From Thermoproteota archaeon (GTDB lineage Archaea > Korarchaeota > JAOZGF01 > JAOZFZ01), in the NCBI GenBank assembly GCA_027492035.1, contig JAOZFT010000004.1, forward strand, positions 64,001-128,000: DNA of 64,000 bases, written 5' to 3'. Numbering within the stretch: the stretch's first letter is position 1; every line of letters begins with the position of its first letter. The position numbers and the translations under genes are program-made. Below, one piece after another: positions 10,478 to 19,433 of this stretch. The notes under the pieces are model-generated. The model made no database searches. It saw only the letters and a program-made list of their open reading frames with translations, and had not been told where the DNA came from.

Positions 10478-11502
10478 TTCTTCACCGTTTTAACAAATTC
10501 CTCTTTCAAACCTGAACCTATAATTACCCTATACCTACCTGAGCTTGACTTTTCAAGCATTCCTTTAACTATAACCACTTCACCTCTTTTCAAGTAGCTC
10601 CTATACAAGCCGATCATAGAGACTATTTCTTCCACTGTAACATTAGGAGTTCTCCCCTCTAAAAAACATTTTTTTACCTTGTAAATTACTGGCCTGAACA
10701 TCGACTCCGCAGTGTCAGCAACTTCACAAGTTACTGTTACAGGATGTAAAGGTTTCCATTCCTCTTCATTTCTTATTTCATTTATTAGCCTTGTAGCGTT
10801 TAAAACAAACCTTTTTCCATTGTAGAATCCGGTATTCATTCTCCTTTCCTCCACTTCATTCTTTCTTGAAATTTCCAAAACTTCTCTTTTCTCTAGCACC
10901 TGTAAAGTTTTAATTACTTTTTCATAGTTTCTGGAGCCGTAAACAGCTACATCTATATCACTTTGCTCACTATGCATGCCTAAACTTATTGAGCCATGGA
11001 TGCCGAAAAAATCAATTTTCACTTTTGAGTAAAACGAGAGGAGATGAATCAAATTTAATGCTTTTTTTTCCAGTTCATCCTTCATTCTCTTACTTAAAAG
11101 TTTTTTTAAGCATTCATTTGGGCGGTATACCTCCTTTATTTTGTCACGTAAGGGAGCAATCAACCATTTCTTCAGGTTCAAGTCATAAAAAACGTAACCT
11201 GGGAAATGACTCTTCAAGGACTTTATTATTTGCGAGTAATTTTCTGGAGAGTAAAGTAAAGCTGGCCTAACCATTTCTACACTTTTAAAAAACCATTTTT
11301 GACTAAGCCATTTAAGTTTGAAGTTGTAAGCCAGTTTTGAAGGGATGTATTTGAGGAAGCTTATTACCCTGTTCCAGGGATGTTTATAGCCGAAAGTGTA
11401 AAATATAAAATTGTCCTTTGAAACTATGACATCACCATCCCTGAAAATTCCATTTCCCGGCGTGTAAGGTTTTCTATTTTTCATTCCCTCCCCTTCTTTC
11501 AT
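10474..11502 (-). CDS. Predicted nucleotidyltransferase (COG1665-like), paralog 3
   Basis: GIHGSISLG...SDIDVAVYG; RDGDVI...GYKHP...SFLKYIP. Confidence 0.8.
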   Translation of the reverse strand: MKEGEGMKNRKPYTPGNGIFRDGDVIVSKDNFIFYTFGYKHPWNRVISFLKYIPSKLAYNFKLKWLSQKWFFKSVEMVRPALLYSPENYSQIIKSLKSHFPGYVFYDLNLKKWLIAPLRDKIKEVYRPNECLKKLLSKRMKDELEKKALNLIHLLSFYSKVKIDFFGIHGSISLGMHSEQSDIDVAVYGSRNYEKVIKTLQVLEKREVLEISRKNEVEERRMNTGFYNGKRFVLNATRLINEIRNEEEWKPLHPVTVTCEVADTAESMFRPVIYKVKKCFLEGRTPNVTVEEIVSMIGLYRSYLKRGEVVIVKGMLEKSSSGRYRVIIGSGLKEEFVKTVKK

Positions 11503-11517
11503 GCTTCCCTTTCTCTG

Positions 11518-12672
11518 TTAAATGGCTTCAGTGATTCTTTTAGCTTTCCTCTTTAAATTTTGAAACACTTTTAAATAGTTTTTATGAGTGTCTACAACGC
11601 TGCAAACAGGCTCTCCTTTTTTAACCTCTGTATTCGGGGGAGAAAGATCTTTCACAAAACTGTAAAGTTTAAGGTTTGGCACCTTCCCTTTCCTGGGCGA
11701 AAAAACAACTCCTCTCCCGCTGAATTTTTTAGCTTTAAATTTTTTCTTCGGTAATTCTCCGTTACAGGCTTGCAAATGTAACTGAGTTAAGTTTATTTCG
11801 TATGCCCTTTCAATACACCCTATGCTTCCTTGAAACCTGGGGTTGACTTCAACAAGGTAAGGGATTCCTTTCTTTAGAATAAAATCTATTCCGTTTGATC
11901 CGACGAGGCTGAATTCATTCGTTAAAGCATCAACAATTACCTCAATTTGTTTTTTGGTTTCAGGTTTAACTTTGTACGGTGAAATATTGCCGCAGAAAGT
12001 GAAATCCCCAGGCGAATTTAACCATTTCTCCCCTATTAATTGCCTGTTTATTGAAACTAGAAAGGCTTCTTCTCGGTTTGAAAGAAAGGATGCGCTTGCA
12101 TCCACCCCTTCCACATACTTCTGCACTAGAACTTCCCCCTTAACAGCAGGGATGTCGTCTTCTGTTAAAATAAGTTTTTTCCCTTTACCGCCACTTCCGA
12201 ATGGGGCCTTTAAAACTAAGGGGGGTTTCATTTCGTTTAAGATATTTAAAACTTCATCGTAGCCTTTAACAATTTCTGTTTCTGGGAAGTTAATCCCTCT
12301 CTCCTCCAGAAAACTGAAAAATTTTCTCCAATTCCTCACATTCCTCACCGAATCAGCACCGTTTCCCTTCAAAGGGAAAATTTTACTTATTTCCTTCCAG
12401 AAAAAGGGGAAATCGTCGAAACCAGAGGTTACCAGACAAAAATCAATCTCTTCAGTTTCCTTCAGTTTCCTCAGTTCCTGTAGACATCTCTTGATTCCAG
12501 TTTTAATGTCCTCAAGCTGAAACCAAGGGATTTTAATTGTTTTAACCGTCTTATCAACTACATCTAAATCTTTCCAATAGGTTACACAGTATATTTCATG
12601 GTTTAAATTTTTCAGCGATTCTACAACCCCCCTTACGTTATAGCCAACTACCAATACTTTCAAAGGAACCAC
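11518..12672 (-). CDS. ATP-grasp domain carboligase (COG2232-like, family associated with methanopterin/methanofuran C1 gene sets)
   Basis: VLKAPFGSGG, VQKYVEG, GSNGIDFI, EVNPRFQGS. Confidence 0.8.
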   Translation of the reverse strand: MVPLKVLVVGYNVRGVVESLKNLNHEIYCVTYWKDLDVVDKTVKTIKIPWFQLEDIKTGIKRCLQELRKLKETEEIDFCLVTSGFDDFPFFWKEISKIFPLKGNGADSVRNVRNWRKFFSFLEERGINFPETEIVKGYDEVLNILNEMKPPLVLKAPFGSGGKGKKLILTEDDIPAVKGEVLVQKYVEGVDASASFLSNREEAFLVSINRQLIGEKWLNSPGDFTFCGNISPYKVKPETKKQIEVIVDALTNEFSLVGSNGIDFILKKGIPYLVEVNPRFQGSIGCIERAYEINLTQLHLQACNGELPKKKFKAKKFSGRGVVFSPRKGKVPNLKLYSFVKDLSPPNTEVKKGEPVCSVVDTHKNYLKVFQNLKRKAKRITEAI

Positions 12673-12885
12673 TTCTTTGTAAAATTTATTTTGTTTTACC
12701 TATTTAAAGGGGGAAATTAGAAACGAAACAAGAGAAAATTTGAGAACAGGCACTTCGCATAACAGAAACTTTTTTATTTTCCCTTTTCAAAGTTTTAAAA
12801 GAAGTATAAAAGTTTAAAAATAAACTTTAACTATTTCGCCTTCCTTTCTTCTTCTTGCAAAAGGAGAATAAATTTTAAAGTAGAG

Positions 12886-12901
12886 GAAAAAAGTTTATAT
12901 A
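12886..12901 (+). promoter_or_regulatory. Probable BRE-TATA promoter of the ferredoxin-AOR operon
   Basis: Purine-rich GGAAAAAAG followed by TTTATATA (12894-12901), about 45 nt upstream of ATG 12946. Confidence 0.5.
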
Positions 12902-12945
12902 AATCATTTATAAATTCTTGGAAGGATTGGTCCTGGTGCTGTAAA

Positions 12946-13380
12946 ATGCCTATTAAAATCAGGGTAGATCATCCAGATAGATGTATGGGCTGCTATAACT
13001 GTGTTTTTGCCTGCAGCCGAGAACTGTACGGAGTGATTTCTAAAAGATTTTCTGCAATTCAGGTGCACGATTCAAAAACTTCAAATACGTTTCTCATAAG
13101 GGTTTGTGTCGGCTGCACCGACCCTGACTGCGCCAACGCCTGCCCCTACGAAGCATTGAAACCTCGGCCGGAAGGAGGAGTTGAACTTGTCAACCCTGAC
13201 AAATGTAAAAAATGTGAAGATAGACCCTGCATACCAGCATGTCCAGTGAATGCTTTACCATGGGACCCTATCAATAAGAAACCCATAATTTGCACAGAGT
13301 GCGGTGAATGTGCCAAATACTGTCCACATGAAGTTATTTTTTACGGAGAAGTGATTGAAGCTACACCGTCTCCGATTTAA
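12946..13380 (+). CDS. 4x[4Fe-4S] ferredoxin-like subunit (DmsB/AorA-like)
   Basis: CMGCYNCVFAC, CVGCTDPDCANACP, CKKCEDRPCIPACP, CTECGECAKYCP. Confidence 0.9.
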   Translation: MPIKIRVDHPDRCMGCYNCVFACSRELYGVISKRFSAIQVHDSKTSNTFLIRVCVGCTDPDCANACPYEALKPRPEGGVELVNPDKCKKCEDRPCIPACPVNALPWDPINKKPIICTECGECAKYCPHEVIFYGEVIEATPSPI

Positions 13381-13396
13381 AAGGAAGGGAGAAAAA

Positions 13397-15148
13397 GTGG
13401 AGAAAGTACTTTTTATAGATCTAACTGAAAGGAAAGTTTGGAGTGAAGAGAAGGGGGAATTGTTTAAAAAATTCCTAGGAGGATCAGGAGTTGCAATAAA
13501 TTTGCTTCATGAACTTTGCCCTGAAAAAGAGGATCCTTTCTCACCTGAGAACCCGATAATTTTCGCTGTAGGGCCCCTGTTAGGGGTTTACCCATCTTGC
13601 ACAAAAACAATAGCAATGTTTAAATCTCCTTTAACAGGGAATTTAGGTGAATCACACGCAGGAGGCAGGTTCGGTACAGCTTTAAGATGTGCTGGCTACG
13701 GCGCAGTAGTTATAAAGGGAGTTTCAGCAGAACCTGTTTACTTAGATATTTACGACAATGACAAGGTGTTGTTTAAAAGAGCCGCTTCCTTCCTTGGGCT
13801 TCCACCCAGAAGAATAATAGATTATCTGAAAAGAGAGGATGTGCTGGGTTTAGAGAGTGTAATTGCAACAGGGTTAGCAAGTGAAAAATTTGTCGCGTTC
13901 GCAGGGGTAATAGTTGATAAACACTTCTATTTTGGAAGATTAGGTTTAGGTACAATTTTTGGAGCAAAGAATTTGAAAGCCATAAGAATAACTTCTGACG
14001 GTAAGATTCCGATAAAAAACGTAGATGAATACAAGATTTTGTATGATGAAATTTATGAGAAGATAGTTAAAACGGATGCTATGGCTAAATACCATAACTT
14101 AGGAACTCCTCAAAATGTTCATTCTTTAAATGAAATAAGAGGCCTTCCAACAAGAAACTTTCTTTCAGGATATTTTGAAGAAGCTGAAACCATTTCAGGA
14201 GAATATTTTGCAGATAACATTTTGTTACGTAAAATGCCATGCTCCCACTGCCCAATAGGATGCAAACATGTGGCACTGGTTAAGGAACAATTTGCTGCAC
14301 AACATGAGCTAGAAGTTCTTGAACTTCCATACGACTATGAACCAATTTATTCACTTGGTTCAAACCTTGGAGTAAGTGACACAGTAGGGGTGCTTAAGCT
14401 TATTTCAACCTGTGACCTTTATGGCTTGGACGCCATGATAACAGGCAACTTACTTGCGTGGGTTACTGAAGCATTCATGAGAAATTTAGTGACTGAAAAA
14501 GAAACCTTGGGACTGAAACCTAAATGGGGTTATTACGAAACCTACATAAAAATGATTGAAAACATAGTTAAAATGCCTAACTCTTTCTATGCGAGTCTTG
14601 CAATGGGTAAAGTGCCTGTGAAGGAGGGAGAAAGTTTCTACATGACAATTGGCGGTAACGGAGTAGCAGGTTACCACACAGGCCTAGCCCAAGTTTTAGG
14701 TACAGCCATTGGCGCTAGACACTCCCACGTAAGCAACGCAGGATACTCTTTAGACCAAAAGTACTTAGGAAAAGAATTACCACCCGAAGAAATAGTTGAT
14801 ACATTAATAACTGAAGAACAGAAGAGATGCATACTTGAATCATGTGGAGTGTGTCTATTCGCGAGAAGAGTTTATGATTTAGAACTTATTTCGAAAGCTT
14901 TAAATCCTTTAGGCTGGAATTACTCAGCAGATGAACTCAGAGAAATCGGTAAAGAGATTTATAGGCTGAAGTTTAAGTTTAAGTTCAGGGAAGGGTTCCA
15001 ATTTGAAACTTTGCACATCCCAGAAAGGTTCTTTGAAACCCCCTCAGCTAATGGCTTAATAAGTAAAAAGAAATTCTTTAAAGCATTAAATTACGCAGCG
15101 AAAAGGATAAAGGAACTAGCTGAAATTCCAGTGGTTGAAAAGAAATGA
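13397..15148 (+). CDS. Tungsten-dependent aldehyde:ferredoxin oxidoreductase family protein
   Basis: KSPLTG..GESHAGG, GRLGLGTIFGAKNLKAI, CSHCPIGC, DYEP, CDLYGLD; probable GTG start at 13397 (track gives 13355). Confidence 0.93.
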   Translation: MEKVLFIDLTERKVWSEEKGELFKKFLGGSGVAINLLHELCPEKEDPFSPENPIIFAVGPLLGVYPSCTKTIAMFKSPLTGNLGESHAGGRFGTALRCAGYGAVVIKGVSAEPVYLDIYDNDKVLFKRAASFLGLPPRRIIDYLKREDVLGLESVIATGLASEKFVAFAGVIVDKHFYFGRLGLGTIFGAKNLKAIRITSDGKIPIKNVDEYKILYDEIYEKIVKTDAMAKYHNLGTPQNVHSLNEIRGLPTRNFLSGYFEEAETISGEYFADNILLRKMPCSHCPIGCKHVALVKEQFAAQHELEVLELPYDYEPIYSLGSNLGVSDTVGVLKLISTCDLYGLDAMITGNLLAWVTEAFMRNLVTEKETLGLKPKWGYYETYIKMIENIVKMPNSFYASLAMGKVPVKEGESFYMTIGGNGVAGYHTGLAQVLGTAIGARHSHVSNAGYSLDQKYLGKELPPEEIVDTLITEEQKRCILESCGVCLFARRVYDLELISKALNPLGWNYSADELREIGKEIYRLKFKFKFREGFQFETLHIPERFFETPSANGLISKKKFFKALNYAAKRIKELAEIPVVEKK

Positions 15149-15942
15149 AAATTTGTATTTCCGGGAAAGGGGGTACAGGAAAAACAACTCTTGCAGGGAC
15201 TCTTTCACGCTTGTTCGGGAGGGATGGTTATAAAGTTTTAGCAATAGACGCTGACCCAAACACTACACTAGCTTCAGCACTGGGCATACCGCCTGAAACA
15301 GCTGAAAAAATAATACCTATTTCCGAAAATAAGGAATTAATCAAGGAAAGAACAGGCACCCAACCAGGAAGTTCATGGGGTGTTTTCTTCAACCTTGTAC
15401 CTGATGTAAGAGATATAAAGGATAAGTTCAGTATTCAAGCACCCGACTCAGTATCTTTACTAGTGACTGGAACAATTGAATTCGGTGGAGGAGGCTGCTT
15501 CTGCCCAGCAGCTGCTTTACTGAAAACCCTCCTTAGTTATCTTATAGTGAGGGAGAAGGATGTGGTAATTGTTGACATGGAAGCAGGGCTAGAGCACTTG
15601 GGACGGGGAGTAACAAAAGAATTTGATGTCCTTTTAATCGTAGTAGAACCCAGCCTCAAATCCTTAGAAACAGCCGAGAAGATAAGAAAATTAGCTGAAG
15701 ATTTATCAATAAAGGAAGTATTTGTTGTCCCTAATAAGGTCTCCACTAAAGAACAATCAAGAAGAATCAAGGAGTATCTTTCTAACAAGGGATTTGAAGA
15801 AATAGGGGAAATACCTTATGACACAAACGTGATTGAAGCAGACATGGTTGGTAAAGCTTTACTTGATTACAACCCAAACTCTAAAGCAGTGAAAGCAATA
15901 AAGAAAATTTACCAAGGACTTGTTAAACTAAATCAACATTAA
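15145..15942 (+). CDS. cooC: CODH/ACS nickel-insertion ATPase CooC/AcsF
   Basis: SGKGGTGKTT, IDADP, GGGCFCP (CxC), DMEAGLEHLGRG. Confidence 0.92.
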   Translation: MKICISGKGGTGKTTLAGTLSRLFGRDGYKVLAIDADPNTTLASALGIPPETAEKIIPISENKELIKERTGTQPGSSWGVFFNLVPDVRDIKDKFSIQAPDSVSLLVTGTIEFGGGGCFCPAAALLKTLLSYLIVREKDVVIVDMEAGLEHLGRGVTKEFDVLLIVVEPSLKSLETAEKIRKLAEDLSIKEVFVVPNKVSTKEQSRRIKEYLSNKGFEEIGEIPYDTNVIEADMVGKALLDYNPNSKAVKAIKKIYQGLVKLNQH

Positions 15943-15979
15943 AAATCCCTAATCCATAAAAAATTGGAGGAGGGGCTTA

Positions 15980-16657
15980 GTGCCACCTGACTTGCTGACA
16001 GAAATAAAGGAAGCATTAATTTTTGGGAAATACGATACAGTAGAGAAAAAGGTAAATGAAGCATTGAAAAAGAAAGTTCCACCAATGAAAATCCTAAATG
16101 AAGCCTTAATTGAAGGAATGAAAGAAGTCGGGAGGAAATGGATTGATGGCGAAGTTTTTCTAGCCGACGTAATGATGTCAGCTGAAGCAATGAGGAAGGG
16201 AATGAATTTAATTGAGCCATTAATTTCTAAACCAGGAAAGGAAAGGAAGATTAAGGGCAAAGTGTTAATTGCAACCATTTATACCGACATCCATGACATA
16301 GGGAAGAAAATAGTTGCAGCTTTACTGCAAGCTGAGGGGTACGAAGTAATTGATTTAGGAGTTGATGTCCCACCTTCAAAAATAATTGAGGAGGCTTTAA
16401 AGAACAAAGTGGATTTAATTGGTGTTTCATGCCTCTTAACAACCTCTATTCTCTACATAAAAGACTTAATTGACTTCCTTTCCACAAGGAAGCTGAGGAA
16501 TAAATTTATTGTTGCAGTTGGAGGAGCTGCTTTAACAAAAGATAAATCTGAGGAGATAGGGGCTGATCTCTACGCCGAAACAGCGGAGGAAGCAATTAAA
16601 GAAATAAATGAAAAAATTAAAGAGTTTAAAGCAAGAGGTAAGGAGGGAAATGATTGA
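15980..16657 (+). CDS. Methyltransferase cognate corrinoid protein (MtmC/MtbC-like)
   Basis: B12-cap helical domain plus DIHDIGK, DLGVDVP, VGGA motifs. Confidence 0.92.
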   Translation: MPPDLLTEIKEALIFGKYDTVEKKVNEALKKKVPPMKILNEALIEGMKEVGRKWIDGEVFLADVMMSAEAMRKGMNLIEPLISKPGKERKIKGKVLIATIYTDIHDIGKKIVAALLQAEGYEVIDLGVDVPPSKIIEEALKNKVDLIGVSCLLTTSILYIKDLIDFLSTRKLRNKFIVAVGGAALTKDKSEEIGADLYAETAEEAIKEINEKIKEFKARGKEGND

Positions 16658-18014
16658 CCCCTGGGAGATTATAGGAAGGGGGGAGGAGGGACCCCACATA
16701 CCTGAAAAAGAATTTGACATGAACCTTTTCAAAAAACTAGCTTCTTTAGAGAAAGAGTACGAAATAAAATTCAACGGAGAGCCCCTCCTTCAGGATAAAC
16801 AAATGATAAACTCAATTTATGAAGCAGGTTTAGAGTTAGCTGTAGAAACAGGTTTCTATTTGCTTGACACACAAAGGAGAATTCTTTTCACAGAGGATGA
16901 AATAAAGTATTATTTATCTAAATCCAAGAAAAAACTAGTTTTAGGCGAAGGGAAAGAAGCTGAAGAATTGGTGAAAAGGGAAATCAATGACAAGAAACCT
17001 CCTTTGTTAATAGCAGGAATGGCTGGAACCCCTTTACCGGAAAGGGATTTCTTTATTAAAAGCGCCATGTCATACGTTAAAGAAGAGGTGGTGAAGGGTT
17101 TAGATCATGGCTCAATAACATCAGTTGAAGGGAGAGAAGTAAGAACTGGAAGTCCTTTAGAAATTCATGCAACTAGAAGAGAGATAACTTGGTTAAGGGA
17201 GGCTTTGCAGAGGGTAGGTAGACCTGGTTTACATTTACTAGACGGGGAATCAAGCATAACTTCAAAGGGAGTTTTATCTGTGCTTTCACCAAACTATTTA
17301 AGAAAAACAGACGCATACTTTGTGCCGGTGCTAAATGAAATGAAGACAGATTACGTTAGGTTAAGTAAAGCATTAGCTGGAACAGAATACGGTTGTTTAA
17401 TTGCGAGCTTGGTTGACCCAATTCTTGGAGGATACTCAAGAGGCCCAGAAGGAACAGCTATTTGTTCAATTGCAGAGTTAATACTGAGCAAAATAATTTA
17501 TCAAGCCAACTATTTTCTCCTACATCCCTCAGATATAAGGGTGAAGTCAACAACCACACCTCAGTGTACATGGGTCCTAGGTGCAGTAGGGCAAGCAATA
17601 AGTAAGAACACAGACCTTCTTGTTTTTGCAGATGTTTGGGTTACTTCAGGAGCAGGCACCGAAACTGTTTTCCAAGAAATAGTTCCTAACACCTTAGTGG
17701 CTACCTACTCTTCACTGCATTTATTGGGGCCTGTTACCGCTTGCGGTTTATTACCTAACGGTACAGGTCTTGAGGCAAGATACATGGGGGAAATAGCTGA
17801 AACAACAGCAAAGAAACAGCTTAAACCGGAGATAATTAACGAAGTAGCTTCCCGTTACTTAAATCTCTACATTAACAAGTTATCTTCACCAGATTTAGGA
17901 ATTAGTTTTAAAGGTCTTTACAACATGGAGAAAGTGACACCGAGAAAAGAGTATCTGAACACCTTTGTCGCTAACTTTGAAAAGTTTAAGAAAGAAATAG
18001 GTATCCACGATTAA
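16650..18014 (+). CDS. Monomethylamine:corrinoid methyltransferase MtmB-family protein lacking pyrrolysine
   Basis: GSPLE, GRPG, ELK/EMK-D, GGYSRGPEGTAI, GAGTE, TGLEARYMGE MtmB motifs; ATG 16650 after AGGAGGG; no in-frame TAG. Confidence 0.88.
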   Translation: MIDPWEIIGRGEEGPHIPEKEFDMNLFKKLASLEKEYEIKFNGEPLLQDKQMINSIYEAGLELAVETGFYLLDTQRRILFTEDEIKYYLSKSKKKLVLGEGKEAEELVKREINDKKPPLLIAGMAGTPLPERDFFIKSAMSYVKEEVVKGLDHGSITSVEGREVRTGSPLEIHATRREITWLREALQRVGRPGLHLLDGESSITSKGVLSVLSPNYLRKTDAYFVPVLNEMKTDYVRLSKALAGTEYGCLIASLVDPILGGYSRGPEGTAICSIAELILSKIIYQANYFLLHPSDIRVKSTTTPQCTWVLGAVGQAISKNTDLLVFADVWVTSGAGTETVFQEIVPNTLVATYSSLHLLGPVTACGLLPNGTGLEARYMGEIAETTAKKQLKPEIINEVASRYLNLYINKLSSPDLGISFKGLYNMEKVTPRKEYLNTFVANFEKFKKEIGIHD

Positions 18015-18051
18015 AAGTTTAGAAAGTTACCTGTTTGCAATGGTTAATTTT

Positions 18052-19422
18052 TCATTGACGTAACCATTTCTTTTCAAGAAACCCTTTGATTTCTCTTGAA
18101 TCAAAAGGCCCAACCAGGACTTCCCAGCCGCTAACATCCTCTATTTCTCCACCTAATTTAGCTGCCCTACCTGGAATAATTATTTTCTTATGTTTAACCT
18201 TTTCTTCAATTCTGTTTTCTTTAATGAGTCTAGCTACACTGTCAGGGTTTATTTTATTCCCTGCAACTGAAGTGTTGACACTTAGCCCTCCTGTGTCAAC
18301 AACAAGCAAGTAAGTTGAAATTCCTTGAATTTTTAAGTCATTTGAAACTATGTGGTAGGTTAGAGAGTAGTTTGTAGTCATCATTACGGGAGAGTTTTCG
18401 TCAGGAGACCCTATCACGTAAAGTCCTGGTTTTATTTGTAACGGAATCCTTGGGTCGATGTAGATTGCTTGTCTTAGCAACATTAAAGGAAGAACTGCCC
18501 ATTTTACGATGTTGGAGAGGATAATTATTCCTCCATACCTTAGAAGAAAGGCTGCTGATGCCATTACCTCCCAGTAATCCTTAAAATTGCCATTATTTAC
18601 CTTGATCAAGTTTGGGAAAACCAAAGTCGGGTAACCTAGAGTTTTAATTTTCTTCTCAACAGCTCCCCTCCTAATAATTGTTAGTGAACTTATTTCATCC
18701 ATTAAGTTTTGACCAGGAGGAATTATTAATATTTCATTAACTCCGAATTGATTTAATCTGGTAATTAAGGTTTTAACTTCCTCTAGATTGCTTCCATGAA
18801 CAGCTACGGGGGTTTTAAATTTCTTTGCAAGCACAGCCATTTGATTCACGTTCATTGACGTAACTGGACATATTAAGGGTTTATCTTCACCCACAAACTC
18901 TAAAGCTTTCATTAAAGAGTAGGGAGTAGTGCTGCAAAGAATTAATGGGAGATTTGTGTGTTGTTTCACTATTTTTAAGGTTTCTACAAATTTTTCAGCG
19001 TTACCAGAAACAGACTTCACAGCAAACATGTTCAGTTTTAACGTCTGCCCCATTCTCTCAATTCTAAATTCTTCAGCTTCCTTTATTTTTTCAATTATTT
19101 CCTCGCTAGACATTCTGTCACTTATTTCTACTGCGAACAAAGCTTCATTGTAGAATTTCTCTTCATGTCTAAACGCAACTTTCTCTCCCCCTATAACTAC
19201 TTTGTTTCTTCCAGTACCTATCTCAACTTTTACAACTGGGGGAGCAGTTTTTGTTAAAAGTGCATCCTTAGCTTCCTCGCTTAAGTAGGGGCATTGTGAA
19301 GGGTTTGCCTTCCCTTCAACTATTTTGAAAGCGAACGCCATACAAGTAGGTACCCCGCATTCTCCACAGTTCTTTTTGGGAAGAAGTTTATAGATGTCGG
19401 TAGGACTTATTTTTTTAGCCAT
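18052..19422 (-). CDS. cdhE: Corrinoid Fe-S protein large subunit (ACDS gamma), second copy
   Basis: LPKKNCGECGVPTCMAFA...CP; DPRIP, TTNYSLTY, IIIPG, VLVGP; probable ATG 19422. Confidence 0.92.
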   Translation of the reverse strand: MAKKISPTDIYKLLPKKNCGECGVPTCMAFAFKIVEGKANPSQCPYLSEEAKDALLTKTAPPVVKVEIGTGRNKVVIGGEKVAFRHEEKFYNEALFAVEISDRMSSEEIIEKIKEAEEFRIERMGQTLKLNMFAVKSVSGNAEKFVETLKIVKQHTNLPLILCSTTPYSLMKALEFVGEDKPLICPVTSMNVNQMAVLAKKFKTPVAVHGSNLEEVKTLITRLNQFGVNEILIIPPGQNLMDEISSLTIIRRGAVEKKIKTLGYPTLVFPNLIKVNNGNFKDYWEVMASAAFLLRYGGIIILSNIVKWAVLPLMLLRQAIYIDPRIPLQIKPGLYVIGSPDENSPVMMTTNYSLTYHIVSNDLKIQGISTYLLVVDTGGLSVNTSVAGNKINPDSVARLIKENRIEEKVKHKKIIIPGRAAKLGGEIEDVSGWEVLVGPFDSREIKGFLEKKWLRQ

Positions 19423-19433
19423 ATTTGCCGCCT

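Noticed and set aside
17238-17243. A TAG triplet (cTAGac) overlapping the Pyl-equivalent codon of the MtmB homolog
   Set aside because: It is out of frame; the reading frame is open and MtmB-like on both sides, so this is most likely coincidence rather than a Pyl codon.
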